A DNA stretch of 48,086 nucleotides, taken from assembly GCA_040081325.1 (NCBI GenBank), contig JBEBGU010000001.1:1-48086 (forward strand), written 5' to 3'. The position numbers and the translations under genes are program-made. This stretch comes from Prosthecobacter sp. (GTDB taxonomy: Bacteria > Verrucomicrobiota > Verrucomicrobiia > Verrucomicrobiales > Verrucomicrobiaceae). Each line of letters begins with the position of its first letter. The first letter of the stretch is position 1. Shown here piece by piece: positions 1 to 10,998 of the stretch. The notes under the pieces are model-generated. The model saw only the letters and a program-made list of their open reading frames with translations, did no database searches and was not told where the DNA came from.

Positions 1-449
1 GATTCCTGCGTGAGGGCCACCTCCATCGAAGCGACCCGGGTTTGGAGGGCGGTGATTTCCGCCATCTTCTGGTCCACGGAGATGGTGTTCCGATCCGATG
101 GGCCGAGCTTCCCGCCGGTGAGCCAGACGGAGATGCAGTTGTGGTGATGGCTGAGGCTTCCCGGATGATGCAGCCCGCTGATCGGCGTGATGACTTCGCG
201 ATGCTTCTCCAGAGGCTTCAACGACCGGGAGAACTGGTAACCCTTCCCCTCCGTGGTGATCTGGTAGTTCAGCGAGTGAACGCCGTTCGCGAGGTAAATG
301 AAGGCGCTGCGCTTTGGCGTGGCGGTGACTTTTTCTGCCGCTCGGAGCGGCACCATGCATTCGAGCATGGGAAGGGAGATGAAGCTACCAAGCGCCTTGA
401 GAGCGTGGCGGCGATTGAGGAGCCAGGATTGGGATAGGTAGTTGCTCAT
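1..449 (-). CDS. DUF1552 domain protein (Tat-like leader), runs off the window start
   Basis: Not in the ORF track. My translation from ATG at 449: [63 protein letters not shown]...TISVDQKMA. The RR leader, LPxLExM, FIYxxNGV and ISVDQ motifs are typical of DUF1552, the usual partner of DUF1592. Confidence 0.85.
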   Translation of the reverse strand, partial: MSNYLSQSWLLNRRHALKALGSFISLPMLECMVPLRAAEKVTATPKRSAFIYLANGVHSLNYQITTEGKGYQFSRSLKPLEKHREVITPISGLHHPGSLSHHHNCISVWLTGGKLGPSDRNTISVDQKMAEITALQTRVASMEVALTQE

Positions 450-558
450 AAATGTTCTTGGTTCGTTGTTGTTTGGTTCGTGATTGGTCGGCGGGCAGTT
501 ACGGTCAAAGGGATGATTTTGGGGTTTGAGTCCAGTGCGCCGAGTGTATCATCCGAGC

Positions 559-768
559 ATGACACTGAGTGAAATCATGCCATCGGCGCGGCTGCTGCCT
601 GCCGCCGATAAGCTCAAACTGATCCGCTACCTTGCCGTCGAAATTGACGACGGAGATGAGATTTATCCGCTGGAGCATGGAATGATCTATAAACTGCAAA
701 CCCCGCAGTTTGAGGTTGGAGCAGCGGATGAACTCAACAAGCTGCTGGATGCCACGCGCCAAGTTTGA
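559..768 (+). CDS. Small hypothetical protein, antitoxin-like
   Basis: MTLSEIMPSARLLPAADKLKLIRYLAVEI... from ATG at 559; resembles small helical proteins found upstream of aspartyl-protease-like or toxin genes (recollection). Confidence 0.6.
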   Translation: MTLSEIMPSARLLPAADKLKLIRYLAVEIDDGDEIYPLEHGMIYKLQTPQFEVGAADELNKLLDATRQV

Positions 769-868
769 GATCAACACGCGCTTTCCATACGACCCAAGAC
801 AATGCCCGATGCTGCCGCTGACATTGCGAGCCAATGAGACGGACACACCGAACCCGCGCAAGAAGTGA
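749..868 (+). pseudogene. Truncated partner gene, possibly the N-terminus of an aspartyl-protease-like protein
   Basis: 39-aa ORF overlapping the previous stop: MPRAKFEINTRFPYDPRQCPMLPLTLRANE..., then runs into the antisense of a DUF1552 fragment. Confidence 0.35.
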
Positions 869-906
869 CGGCGGGCGAGGTGCCATTTTTGTCCAAGGTG
901 ATTCAT
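832..906 (-). pseudogene. Orphan N-terminal fragment of a second DUF1552 gene
   Basis: MNHLGQKWHLARRHFLRGFGVSVSL parallels [26 protein letters not shown] at 449; similarity stops at about 832. Confidence 0.6.
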
Positions 907-917
907 GAGGTAATGGC

Positions 918-2222
918 TCAGGTCTGTTGGTAGTTTGTGGCTGTTGTGCGGCACGAAGCACAAAGGAATGCATAGTAGGTGCCCTCACAGGCTGGGAAGT
1001 CGTCTTCGTTCAGTTGAGCGATAAAAGTCATGCTCTTGTCGCAATCGGGGCACTGAGGGTAATCGGAGTCTTGAACCCAGCAGGGAAGTCCGCCGATTTG
1101 TGAGGTCTTCAGTTCCATGCACCAATCAGCGGCGTGAATAGCGCGGCGAGGGGTGAGTTTGACGCCAATATTTCTCCAAGCGGGTTCTGACCAGGGCTGC
1201 GAAGTGTCGGGCAACCACTTGGGACGGATTCCGCGCGGATGTGGCTGAGCGGTGCCATCTGGTTCCACCTTGGAGAAGAACGCTCCACCATAACATGTGC
1301 ATCCATGACATGTAAGAATGGGAAGGCGAGAACCCGCAAAACTCAGGAACGCGAATGCTCTGTCTGAGAGATCAATCTCCAACATGTGTGATAGCTCATG
1401 GCCACACCACGGGCATGGCCTCCCAGTGCCCTGAAACGTTCTGACCATAGCTACCGAGTGCCCATCGTCCGCTTGGGTCAAAGCAAGACAATGCTCGTGA
1501 AACAGATCACGCCGGGAGTTGTTAACAATTTCCCAGCCAGCGGTGTGAGCGTATGCAGAAGGAATGACGTGCAAGGAGGACGCCCAAGTTGGCCTCTGAA
1601 TATCCCACTGAACAAAGGCATTCTTGACAACATCGTCACCAATCCAAGCTAGGGAACTTAGTGCGTGATTGGCATTCGCTCGGCCAGCGGTCAGCGATTG
1701 AATAATGGCGTCACGAATCTCATGCTTCGCCATCCTGAATGTGATCGATGGCCAGTAGTGATGCTTTGCCAGCCATGCGTGTAGCATCTCGGTCAGATCC
1801 CAATCTGTGAGGGTGGCCAGCGACTTCCCGATATCCTCTGCCAAATTCACATTTCCATCCTCCATTGCCCGAGATGCAATGGCAGCGAGTTGGCAGGCGT
1901 CTTCTGCGGACAATGATGCGAATAGTTGCTCCACGGACAACGGAGCTGGAGCATAGGCTATCAGCGGATCATATTTTCTGGGCGACAGCATGATCACTGC
2001 GATCTCAACTCGATCCGCAATGCCTTCATACTGATCAACCGTGCGGCGATTCAGTCGAATATACTCTTCGCGCTCCTTCTTTCTAATGTCACCAATGCAA
2101 GGTGCACACAGTCCATTATTTGCCGCCGCTGTGGATGGCAAGATCGTGTTGCGACAGTCTGGATTCGAGCAGGGAATGCGTTCGGACATAGCGGTCAATG
2201 TTGTTGCAGCAGGTATGATCAT
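918..2222 (-). CDS. DUF1963 (YwqG-like) protein with Cys-rich motifs
   Basis: 434-aa ORF; C-terminal [31 protein letters not shown]...[19 protein letters not shown]; start at 2222 (ATGA overlap) or 2189. Confidence 0.75.
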   Translation of the reverse strand: MIIPAATTLTAMSERIPCSNPDCRNTILPSTAAANNGLCAPCIGDIRKKEREEYIRLNRRTVDQYEGIADRVEIAVIMLSPRKYDPLIAYAPAPLSVEQLFASLSAEDACQLAAIASRAMEDGNVNLAEDIGKSLATLTDWDLTEMLHAWLAKHHYWPSITFRMAKHEIRDAIIQSLTAGRANANHALSSLAWIGDDVVKNAFVQWDIQRPTWASSLHVIPSAYAHTAGWEIVNNSRRDLFHEHCLALTQADDGHSVAMVRTFQGTGRPCPWCGHELSHMLEIDLSDRAFAFLSFAGSRLPILTCHGCTCYGGAFFSKVEPDGTAQPHPRGIRPKWLPDTSQPWSEPAWRNIGVKLTPRRAIHAADWCMELKTSQIGGLPCWVQDSDYPQCPDCDKSMTFIAQLNEDDFPACEGTYYAFLCASCRTTATNYQQT

Positions 2223-4672
2223 CGCTTCCTCATCAGCTCCGACATCGCCACGGCGCGGACGATGTCCTTGATCCGGTAGTCGTGTTTCTTCGCTTCAGCA
2301 GCGATGGCCTTGAGGTCGTCTTGATCGTCAAAGCTGAGGGCGCGGCGGAGGCCGTAGGTGCAAAGGTGGTCGATGAAGGCGCGGGCGAGTTCGTCGCGGT
2401 CTTCGAGCAGGCGTTGCTTGAACTCATTGGCATCTTTGAAGGCGCGGCCATCGGGCATTTCACCGGCGGGATTCACCACGGGGTCCGCACCGACCCCCGC
2501 CGCGATTTTCTCATGGGTGCGCCATTGGCCGATGGCGTCGTAGTTGTCCCAGGCAAGGCCGAGCGGGTCGAGCTTCGCGTGGCAGGCGGCGCAGTTCGCG
2601 TCGTTGCGGTGTGCTTCGATCTTTTGGCGCAGCGTCGCTTTGGGGCTTTGCGGAGTTGGGGGTTCGATGGCGGGCACGTTGGCCGGTGGCGGTGGCGGCG
2701 TCTTGCCAAGGACCACCTCGCTGAGCCAGACACCGCGATGCACCGGGCGTTGCCGCGTGCCGTCGGAGGTCAGGCCGAGCACTGCGCCCATCGTCAGCAG
2801 ACCACCGCGACGATCCTCGGGCTTCAGCGACACGCGTTGGAAGCCGCCATTCTTCGGCTCCGCCAGTCCGTAGAAGTCGCAGAGCCGCGCATTGGCCACG
2901 GTCCAGTCGGAATGGATGAAGCCGTCGATGGGCAGGTTCTTGCTGAACATCTCGCGGAAGAACTCCACCGGCTCCGTGCGCATGCTCTCCTCCAACCATG
3001 CGTCGTAGGCGGGGTAGAGCTTTTTGTCCGGTGGGAACATGCCGACGCGGTGCAGTTGCAACCACTGCCGCGCGAAGTCATCGATGAAACGGCTGGCTTT
3101 GCTGTCGGTCAGCATCCGGTCCACTTCTTTCTTGAGGTCATCGCCATTCAGCGTGCCGCCTTTGGCTGCGGTGAAGAGCATGTCGTCTGGCATCGAACTC
3201 CACAGGAAATACGAGAGCCGCGAGGCGAGTTCCGTGTCCGTGAGATGCTCGCGGGCCACCGTGTCGCCCTCGACGAGGTAGATGAAGTGTCGGGAAGTCA
3301 GCACGCCCTGCAACGCCACACGATAGGCATCCGCCGTCTTCTCGCCCGCCTCGCGCTCGGTGCGGTAGGATTGTAAATACTCCTCCAACTCCTCCTTCTT
3401 CACCGGCCGACGCCAGGAGCGTTCGGCAAAGCGTTGCAGATGCTCCGCCACCACCTCGGGCGTCGCGTCATCGGGCGGCACCACATCGTTGCGCCGTGCT
3501 TTTTCAGCCTCCGACACCAGGGGCCCTTCCCATTCGATCCAATCGAGCAGCACCGTGGAGAAGAGGCCATTGCCCTTGTCATCGAACATCTGCGGCGCGT
3601 TCGGGTTGAGGAGCAGAGTCTCGCTGCTGTGGGTGAAAATGTAGCCGCTCCTGCTGCCGATCGCATTGCGGAAGGCCGCGCCAGCTCTGCGGTCCACCAC
3701 ATCCGTGGCCACCACGCAGAAGTCCAGCGTCGCTGGCATCTCGAGAAACACCTCGAACTCATACACCTGCGGTTTGTCCTCCGGCGCCGTGATGTCGAAC
3801 TCGATGAGCCCGTCCACCGTCTCCTCGCCCGTGCGCTTGCCGATGCTCAGATGCGCCGTCTGGCCGCCTATGGGTCGGATGCCGCTGGCCTGGATGCGGA
3901 GTTTGTAGAGCCCGCTGTGCTCCGGGCCGGTCTTGCCGAGCGAGTTCGGCGAGAGCGCGTTTTGGACAGTGCCAGGGAACAGAAGATAACGCAGCGGACG
4001 CTTGATGCCGAAGCGGTTCAGCGCCTCCTGCTGCTCCTTCCCGCCGTTGTAACGGATCTCCGCCGCCGTCTTGCGGACTTTGCGAGCCTCGCCGGATGCC
4101 GCAGCAGGAAACGCACGGTCCAACACCAGCTCCGCCGCACGGTAATAACGATCCACATGCGATGGCGAGAGCGAAAGCTCCGACCCGATGCGCTCAAAGC
4201 CGTGCCACAGCGTGTCCTCGTTCAGCTCCCCCGGCTTGGCCGGATCATAGCGCACGCCGAGCAGGTCATAGACCGTGTTTTGATACTCCTTCCGGCTTAG
4301 CCGATAATGCGACACCGCAGGCCGTGCCGCCATGCGAGCCGCTCGGCCTTCCTTGATGCGCGAATCCAGACTCGTCACAAAGGCCGCGATCTCCGCCTGC
4401 GATGGCTGTTTCTCCTTCTTCGGCGGCATCTCACCCGAATTCACCTGCTCCATCATCTCCGCCCAATGATGCGTGTCCGCCCCCAGTTTGAAGTCCCGCG
4501 AGAGCTGATCGATCCGCAGATCACCCTTCTCCTTTTCCGGCCCGTGGCAGCGAATGCAATGCGTCTCCAGGAAAGCGTCATACGGTTCCGCAGCGCGGAG
4601 GGCACCTATCAGTCCAAGACTGATGGCGAGTATGGCAGTGAATGATGATCGAAAGCGGAAGCTGAAAGTCAT
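2219..4672 (-). CDS. Planctomycete-type cytochrome c / DUF1592-DUF1588-DUF1587-DUF1595-DUF1585 protein
   Basis: Signal peptide, CIRCH and CAACH haem motifs, [39 protein letters not shown]. Likely start MTFSF at 4672. Confidence 0.92.
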   Translation of the reverse strand: MTFSFRFRSSFTAILAISLGLIGALRAAEPYDAFLETHCIRCHGPEKEKGDLRIDQLSRDFKLGADTHHWAEMMEQVNSGEMPPKKEKQPSQAEIAAFVTSLDSRIKEGRAARMAARPAVSHYRLSRKEYQNTVYDLLGVRYDPAKPGELNEDTLWHGFERIGSELSLSPSHVDRYYRAAELVLDRAFPAAASGEARKVRKTAAEIRYNGGKEQQEALNRFGIKRPLRYLLFPGTVQNALSPNSLGKTGPEHSGLYKLRIQASGIRPIGGQTAHLSIGKRTGEETVDGLIEFDITAPEDKPQVYEFEVFLEMPATLDFCVVATDVVDRRAGAAFRNAIGSRSGYIFTHSSETLLLNPNAPQMFDDKGNGLFSTVLLDWIEWEGPLVSEAEKARRNDVVPPDDATPEVVAEHLQRFAERSWRRPVKKEELEEYLQSYRTEREAGEKTADAYRVALQGVLTSRHFIYLVEGDTVAREHLTDTELASRLSYFLWSSMPDDMLFTAAKGGTLNGDDLKKEVDRMLTDSKASRFIDDFARQWLQLHRVGMFPPDKKLYPAYDAWLEESMRTEPVEFFREMFSKNLPIDGFIHSDWTVANARLCDFYGLAEPKNGGFQRVSLKPEDRRGGLLTMGAVLGLTSDGTRQRPVHRGVWLSEVVLGKTPPPPPANVPAIEPPTPQSPKATLRQKIEAHRNDANCAACHAKLDPLGLAWDNYDAIGQWRTHEKIAAGVGADPVVNPAGEMPDGRAFKDANEFKQRLLEDRDELARAFIDHLCTYGLRRALSFDDQDDLKAIAAEAKKHDYRIKDIVRAVAMSELMRKR

Positions 4673-4733
4673 GGTTGAGACAAAACAGTACGCCACGCTG
4701 CTCACTTCCTTAGCGTGCAAGTACCTCCCAGGA

Positions 4734-5366
4734 TCATACCAGACCTTCCTTGAACGCCTTCGCCACAGCGCCGGTTCGCGTGTTCACCTCCAGCTTCTCG
4801 TAGATGCGGCGGAGATAAGTATCTACGGTGTGGATGCTGAGTGTGAGGCGGTCGGCGATTTCTTTTTTGATTAGGCCGGTGGTCATGAGCTGGAGGATCT
4901 CCTTCTCACGGTCGCTGAGCCCGTAGTCGCCTTGCTTTGGCGCGAGCTTTGAAAACATATCAAGCACTCGGCGGGCGATGCGTGAGGTCATGGGTGAGCC
5001 ACCAGCCAGGGCATCGCGCACGGCCTGAGTGATCTCGGTGACGCTGCTGGTCTTCAAAAGATAGCCACTAGCTCCGGCGCAGATAGCAGAGAAGACTTTG
5101 TCGTCGTCTTCGAAGACCGTGAGGATGACGACGAGGGTTTTGGGAGTGCGTTCTTTGATGAGGCGGATGCCAGTGAGGCCGCTCATGCCAGGCAAACCGA
5201 CATCGAGCAAAATCAAATGAGGCGCGTCATCATGAGAGAGTGCGGCGAGGAGTTTTTCGCACGAATCGAAGTCGCGAGTACATTGCAGATCTGTTTCGGC
5301 ATTCAGCACGCGCACAAGCGTGCGGCGGAAGGAAGCGTGGTCTTCGACGATCCAGATGGTTTTCAT
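4734..5366 (-). CDS. NarL/LuxR-family response regulator
   Basis: Receiver domain ([17 protein letters not shown]) plus LuxR HTH ([12 protein letters not shown]...[14 protein letters not shown]). Confidence 0.95.
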   Translation of the reverse strand: MKTIWIVEDHASFRRTLVRVLNAETDLQCTRDFDSCEKLLAALSHDDAPHLILLDVGLPGMSGLTGIRLIKERTPKTLVVILTVFEDDDKVFSAICAGASGYLLKTSSVTEITQAVRDALAGGSPMTSRIARRVLDMFSKLAPKQGDYGLSDREKEILQLMTTGLIKKEIADRLTLSIHTVDTYLRRIYEKLEVNTRTGAVAKAFKEGLV

Positions 5367-7309
5367 GAGAGTGGTGCGTCGAGGGTGATGTGGGTGCCTT
5401 TGCCTGACTCACTGGTGATATGCAGATTCCCCTTCAGCACTTCGGCACGATGGCGCAGATTGGTGAGACCATTTCCTGCCGTGACTGCATCGGCATCGAA
5501 TCCGCAGCCGTTGTCTTTGATGCACAATTGAAAGCGCTTCGACTTCCAACAGATCTCGATGGTCACGGTAGAGGCTTTGGCATGGCGTGTGACGTTGTGG
5601 GCTGCTTCGCGGAAGAAGAGAAAAACCTGCCGATGAAACTCAAGCGATGCGGTCGTCGAATCATCGGCTGTGGGTGCTTTGAGCGTCCAATCGGTCCCTT
5701 TCAACAAGCTGGCCGCGCTTTGGCTCATGGCTTCGACAAGGCTGGCCAACTTCGGTGCATCGCCCTCGCGCACCAGCCAGATGATGCCGCGCATGGACTC
5801 AGCGGCCTCACCGGCGAGCCGGTGGATTTCTTCGAGTGAATCGGAGTCGCTGCCATCACGCAGGGCCAGCTCTGACATGAGCCGGATGCTGCCAAGATGA
5901 CTGCCGATGTCATCATGCAGGTCGCGGGAGATGCGCTGGCGCAGAGATTCCATTTCGAGGTGGCGTGAGCGTTTGGAGCGCTGAATTACGATGAAAGCGA
6001 ATGCGACGACGCTAAGTAAAGCAAAGCCGCCAAGCCATGCCGCACGCATTTGAGCCAGGGAAACGCCTGCGTTATGCCGAAGATCGAGTTCGGCGAGTTC
6101 ATGAGAGATTTCACGGCGCTTTGACAAGTCGCTGAGCCAAGCGGCTTCATGGAGGAGCAGGCCGGAACTGCTGCGGCCATCCACCAGAAACTCACGCTGC
6201 CATGAAGTCGTCAGTGTATCATCGGAGCTGGTCGCACTGCTGCCGAGTGCGATGTTTTTACCTCCTGAGAAGGCTTGCAGTTCAGCCAGCGCATAAACGA
6301 AATCGCCACTGCGCTCCCAGAGCTTCGTGGCGGTGATGCGGATGGTTTTCGCTCTCAGTCTGGGCGTTGGGAATGCGACGGGTGTATCACTAGGATTCGG
6401 GAAGTCAGTCGTGCTGCTATCAAAGATGGTTCGGCCATCTGCCTCGACTTTGAAACGATGAGGAAAGCCGAAACCGAAGCGATCTGGGTAATCACGAGGG
6501 TGAGCGGGAATGAGGCGGATCTCCTGCAAATCACGCACGGAGCCGAGATCGACCTGCACCCATTTCGTAGCATCGGCGGTGGTCGAGATGTCGCTGTGCC
6601 AGCCGTTGCTGCTTACGTCATCATTATTGACGGGTAGGCCAAGCGCGTGGCAACCATCGACGAGATGCTTTGGCGACCATGTGGGCAGAGTCTCGACGGA
6701 ATTTGGCGCGAGCACGTTTGCTTGCAGCGCGATGTTTTGTCCGCCGCTGAAGACAAGCAACTCACCCAGACAAAAGATGAAGCGCTGGCTCAAGCGAGGC
6801 TGGGATGAGAGCTTGGTGGCTGCGAAGCGCACGTAGCGTGCTTTCGCTTTCTTCGCGTCGATGCGCCACGGAGCGAGCGTTGAAGAGACATCACTGCTTG
6901 TTTGATCGAGCAGCGTGATGGACTCGCCAAAAAGTGAGTCATTCGACGCATCGACCCGGAAGCGATGCGGGAACCCATAAGCCTCCACGCTGCCAAGCAT
7001 GGCTGGAATCACGACCACCTCATCAAGCGCGTATTCCTTCCCCAGATCGATCTGCACCCAGCGGATGGAGTCCTGCTGAGGCGCGAAGCCGCTGTGAAAG
7101 CCCGCGTGTTCATGAGGCTGTGCTGTAGGTGATGGCGGCAGCGTGATGAGTGCAGACCGAAGCGGCCCGTGCTCCTGCTCGACGGCACCGAGTTCCGTAT
7201 TCAGCCACGACCAAGGCGCATCAGCGTGTGCACTGATGGTGAGCCAGGTGAAGATGACGAGCCAGCGATTCAAACACGGCAAACATTCCCCTGATGAGGT
7301 GAACTGCAA
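5363..7309 (-). CDS. Sensor histidine kinase (HisKA_3) with two discoidin/F5-8 type C-like domains
   Basis: Two WVQ(I/V)DLG repeats, a TM helix, RISRDLHDDIG H-box, DNGCGF and GNGLTNL ATPase motifs; stop overlaps the regulator start. Confidence 0.92.
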   Translation of the reverse strand: MQFTSSGECLPCLNRWLVIFTWLTISAHADAPWSWLNTELGAVEQEHGPLRSALITLPPSPTAQPHEHAGFHSGFAPQQDSIRWVQIDLGKEYALDEVVVIPAMLGSVEAYGFPHRFRVDASNDSLFGESITLLDQTSSDVSSTLAPWRIDAKKAKARYVRFAATKLSSQPRLSQRFIFCLGELLVFSGGQNIALQANVLAPNSVETLPTWSPKHLVDGCHALGLPVNNDDVSSNGWHSDISTTADATKWVQVDLGSVRDLQEIRLIPAHPRDYPDRFGFGFPHRFKVEADGRTIFDSSTTDFPNPSDTPVAFPTPRLRAKTIRITATKLWERSGDFVYALAELQAFSGGKNIALGSSATSSDDTLTTSWQREFLVDGRSSSGLLLHEAAWLSDLSKRREISHELAELDLRHNAGVSLAQMRAAWLGGFALLSVVAFAFIVIQRSKRSRHLEMESLRQRISRDLHDDIGSHLGSIRLMSELALRDGSDSDSLEEIHRLAGEAAESMRGIIWLVREGDAPKLASLVEAMSQSAASLLKGTDWTLKAPTADDSTTASLEFHRQVFLFFREAAHNVTRHAKASTVTIEICWKSKRFQLCIKDNGCGFDADAVTAGNGLTNLRHRAEVLKGNLHITSESGKGTHITLDAPLS

Positions 7310-7354
7310 CCCACGCGAAGACGTGACGATAGAGTTTGTTGTTTTGAAGACCGA

Positions 7355-7990
7355 TCAAAAAACTTTGATCTTCACATTCCGATACCACACCGGAGCCTGC
7401 GCTTTGCCGTGAAGGCCCTGAAGGCCGATGGGGCCACTGCGGGCGTAGTCCTTGAGGGCTTTCTTGAACTTGTTCGGCGTGCCGTCTGGGTTCTTGCCGG
7501 CTTCGGGCCAGTTGTTGAGGTCGGCGTCGATGACGAGTTCACCGTTGAAGAGGATGCTGACCTTACTGCCCTGGCAGGTGATGGTGAAGTGGTTCCATTC
7601 GCCGATGGGTTTGGCCATGCTCTTGGTTGGCGGCATGGCATCATAAATCGCGGCGACCATGCCGTATTTGCTGCCGTCAGCGCTGTCGTGGACTTGGACT
7701 TCGAGCGCGGAGAGTACGTTCTTGATATCGCCGGAGCGAAGGAAGACGCCGCTGTTGGACTCGGCGATCACTTTGAATTCGAGATCGAGGATGAAGTCGC
7801 CATACGAGTCCTTGGTCCAGAGGGTGTCGTGGTCTTTGGCGACGAGTTCACCATTGGTGAATCCCCAGCCGCCAGGAGCAACGGTGTTTGAGAGATCGGC
7901 AGCGAAGAGATCTTTCCAGCCAGTGGTGTCGGGATGATCTGTGGCGAAAGTGAGTCCAGCAATGAGAGAGAGGATGAGGGCGAGTTTCAT
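7355..7990 (-). CDS. DUF1080 (3-keto-disaccharide hydrolase family) secreted protein
   Basis: Signal peptide; YGDFILDLEFK, NSGVFLR, GEWNHFTI, GPIGLQ, VWYRNVKIK. Confidence 0.92.
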   Translation of the reverse strand: MKLALILSLIAGLTFATDHPDTTGWKDLFAADLSNTVAPGGWGFTNGELVAKDHDTLWTKDSYGDFILDLEFKVIAESNSGVFLRSGDIKNVLSALEVQVHDSADGSKYGMVAAIYDAMPPTKSMAKPIGEWNHFTITCQGSKVSILFNGELVIDADLNNWPEAGKNPDGTPNKFKKALKDYARSGPIGLQGLHGKAQAPVWYRNVKIKVF

Positions 7991-8067
7991 GGAGTGGTCT
8001 AAACGCGGTTTGAAGACGGGATGATTCCAAGTTTTATGCTGCGCGGATCGGGCTTATAGGAAAGGCC

Positions 8068-9294
8068 ATGCCCTTTTCATCTCTCGGTCTTTCTGCCCCG
8101 CTTGTCAGCGCTCTCAGTCAATACGTGGCTCCGACGCCAGTGCAGTCGGCTGCGATTCCTGTGGTGCTGAAAGGCGGAGACGTGCTGGCGACGGCGCAGA
8201 CAGGATCGGGCAAGACGATGGCGTTTGTGCTGCCGCTGCTCCAGCGCTGGTTGGCGACACGGATGGAGAAGCCACGGCGTGTACACACTTTGATCCTAGT
8301 GCCGACGCGCGAGCTGGTGGCGCAGGTGACGAAAGAAGTGCTGCGCTGCTCGGTGCATCTGCCTGAGCGTATCAAAGTGGTGAGCGCGTTTGGTGGAGTC
8401 TCGATCAATCCTCAAATGATGGCGCTGCGCGGTGGTGCTGACTTCATCATCGCGACGCCGGGCCGCTTGCTGGATCTAGTGGATCACAATGCACTGCATC
8501 TCAATCATGTCTCGGCGCTGGTGCTGGATGAGGCGGATCGGCTGCTCGATCTGGGCTTTGCCGATGAGCTGAAACGTGTGCTGGCACTGCTGCCAAAGCG
8601 CAGGCAGAATTTGTTATTCTCAGCGACGTTTCCTGATGAGGTGCAGGCGCTGGCGGATCAAATTCTTCATGAGCCGACACGGATCGAGATCGAAAGTGCG
8701 CCTGCTGAGATGCCGGTGATCGAGCAGCGTGCTATTGAAGTGGACACGGCGCAGCGCACGCCGCTGCTACGTCATTTGATCAAGACGGAAGGATGGAAGC
8801 GGGTGCTCGTCTTTGTGGCAAAGCAATACACGGCGGAACATGTCGCTGATAAACTGAGGCGTCATGGCATCGGCGCGGTGGCCTTTCATGGCGAACTGAG
8901 TCAGGGCGCGCGGATGCAGGCTTTGGCGGAGTTTAAAGACTCGTTCTTTCAGGTGCTTGTAGCCACGGACTTGGCCTGTCGCGGATTGGACATCTCGCAG
9001 TTGCCAGCGGTGGTGAATTATGATCTGCCGCGCTCTGCGGTGGACTACACACATCGCATTGGTCGCACGGGCCGCGCAGGGGAGGCGGGTGTCGCGGTGA
9101 GTTTCATCGCAGCAGAATCCCATGCGCATTTTTGTCTGATCGAGAAGCGCAATCATCTGAGCCTCGTGCGCGAGCAGATCCCAGGTTTCGAGCCAATGGA
9201 TCAAGCTCCTCCGCCATCTCCAAGCACGGGCGGCATCAAAGGTTGGCGCAAGAGCAAGAAGGATAAACTGCGCGAGGCGGCGGCGGATTTGTGA
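8068..9294 (+). CDS. DEAD-box RNA helicase (RhlE-like)
   Basis: Q motif, AQTGSGKT, PTREL, TPGRLLD, DEAD, SAT, HRIGRTGRAG. Confidence 0.95.
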   Translation: MPFSSLGLSAPLVSALSQYVAPTPVQSAAIPVVLKGGDVLATAQTGSGKTMAFVLPLLQRWLATRMEKPRRVHTLILVPTRELVAQVTKEVLRCSVHLPERIKVVSAFGGVSINPQMMALRGGADFIIATPGRLLDLVDHNALHLNHVSALVLDEADRLLDLGFADELKRVLALLPKRRQNLLFSATFPDEVQALADQILHEPTRIEIESAPAEMPVIEQRAIEVDTAQRTPLLRHLIKTEGWKRVLVFVAKQYTAEHVADKLRRHGIGAVAFHGELSQGARMQALAEFKDSFFQVLVATDLACRGLDISQLPAVVNYDLPRSAVDYTHRIGRTGRAGEAGVAVSFIAAESHAHFCLIEKRNHLSLVREQIPGFEPMDQAPPPSPSTGGIKGWRKSKKDKLREAAADL

Positions 9295-9331
9295 GCTTTC
9301 GACAAGGCTTCTCTAGCGTGTATGCTTGATC

Positions 9332-10996
9332 ATGAAACTGGATGTCATAGCGCGACTTGAACGACATGCGATGCGCCTCGGCGAGATCGCGACGGTACTG
9401 GGGAAATATGGATTGGCGGATCTGTTTGGCAGTCTCGACTATCCCTGGCTGAATGATCGGCTGCGCAGTGCGGACGGCCAAGCTCTGGCTGGAGTGACCA
9501 CCGCCGCACGAGTGCGTATGGCGCTGACTGAGCTGGGTACGACCTTTATTAAACTTGGCCAGATGCTGAGCACGCGCGCTGATTTGATCGGACCTGAAAT
9601 GACAGCCGAGCTGTCTGAGTTGCAGTCTAATGTGCCGGCAGAGTCAGCCGAATCAGCGCGCGCGCATATCGAAAAAGATCTCGGCGCGACCTTGGAGGAA
9701 TTGTTTGCTGAGTTCGAGGAGACTCCGATGGCGGCGGCTTCCATCGCACAGGTTTATGGAGCTGTGCTTCCGAGTGGTGAGCGTGTGGCCGTGAAGGTTC
9801 GGCGCACGGGGATCGAGAGTCGTGTCATCACGGATCTGGAGATATTGCAGTTGCTGGCGGAATTGGTCGAGAGTCAGTCGGCTTCACTGCGCCCGTATCA
9901 GCCAGTGGCCATCGTGCGGCAGTTTCGCCGCACCTTGTTACGAGAGCTGGACTTCACCTATGAGAAGCGAAACCTGGAGGAGTTTGCGCTGCATTTTGAG
10001 GAAGATCCCAACGTCTGCATCCCGCGCGTGTATTCTGATCTTTGCTCGCATCAGATCGTCACGATGGAGCGGCTCGATGGCATTCCTGGCACTGACATTG
10101 AGGCCTTGAAGGCATCGGGTGAAGATCTGTCTGAGTTCGCTCGGCGTGGAGCGAACATGTATTTGGAAATGGTTTTCCGTGATGGCTTCTATCATTCCGA
10201 TCCGCATCCGGGAAATTTGATCCTGCTGCCAGGAAACGTGGTCGGTGTCGTTGATTGCGGGCAGGTGGGTCGAATCGATGATGAGCTGCGCGATGAAGTG
10301 GAAGCGCTGCTTCTTGGCATCGTCGAGAACGATGCCGAGCAAGTCACCGAGCAAGTGCTGCGTCTCGGCTCGGTGCCGCATGACTTTGCACAAGATCGGC
10401 TGCGCGCGGATCTCGACGACTTCATGGCCGACTTTGTCGGGCATCCCTTGAGTGATATTAACGTTGGTTCGGCGCTGAGTTCTCTGATCGAGATCATCCG
10501 CCGTTATCACATCACGCTGCCACCACCACTGGCCATGCTTTTGAAAACGATCATCGTGCTGGAAGGCACCAGCCGACGCTTCAGTCCCGACGTGAGTTTG
10601 GCCGAGCTGATGCAGCCATTCTGTCAGCGCATGTTGCTGCGTCGCTTCGCGCCAAACCGCATCGTCCGTCGTGCGCGCCGCGCTTATCGTGATTGGGATC
10701 GCCTCATCTCCGCACTGCCGCGTGATCTCGTGGATCTGCTCGCGAGGTTCCGCGACGGCACACTGACCGTGCATCTCGATCATCGGCATCTTGATCCCAT
10801 CGTGAACCGCCTCGTCCTCGGCGTCCTCACCGCCGCCATCTTCCTGGGCTCATCTGAGCTATGGAGTCGTGAGGCCAAACCCGTCGTCTGGGGCATCTCC
10901 GTCTTCGGAGCGCTCGGCTACCTGCTGAGTCTCTTCCTCGGCTGGCGTCTCATGCGCGCCATTCGTAAGTCTGGGAACATCAACTCGAAGGATTGA
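9332..10996 (+). CDS. ubiB: ABC1/UbiB-family atypical kinase
   Basis: ELGTTFIKLGQMLSTR, AAASIAQV, VAVKV, HSDPHPGN, two C-terminal TM helices. Confidence 0.9.
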   Translation: MKLDVIARLERHAMRLGEIATVLGKYGLADLFGSLDYPWLNDRLRSADGQALAGVTTAARVRMALTELGTTFIKLGQMLSTRADLIGPEMTAELSELQSNVPAESAESARAHIEKDLGATLEELFAEFEETPMAAASIAQVYGAVLPSGERVAVKVRRTGIESRVITDLEILQLLAELVESQSASLRPYQPVAIVRQFRRTLLRELDFTYEKRNLEEFALHFEEDPNVCIPRVYSDLCSHQIVTMERLDGIPGTDIEALKASGEDLSEFARRGANMYLEMVFRDGFYHSDPHPGNLILLPGNVVGVVDCGQVGRIDDELRDEVEALLLGIVENDAEQVTEQVLRLGSVPHDFAQDRLRADLDDFMADFVGHPLSDINVGSALSSLIEIIRRYHITLPPPLAMLLKTIIVLEGTSRRFSPDVSLAELMQPFCQRMLLRRFAPNRIVRRARRAYRDWDRLISALPRDLVDLLARFRDGTLTVHLDHRHLDPIVNRLVLGVLTAAIFLGSSELWSREAKPVVWGISVFGALGYLLSLFLGWRLMRAIRKSGNINSKD

Positions 10997-10998
10997 GT

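Noticed and set aside
42-437. Plus-strand 131-aa ORF
   Set aside because: Antisense shadow of the minus-strand DUF1552 gene.
505-963. 152-aa minus-strand ORF as an intact gene
   Set aside because: Only 906-832 resembles a protein leader; the rest is antisense to the small plus-strand gene.
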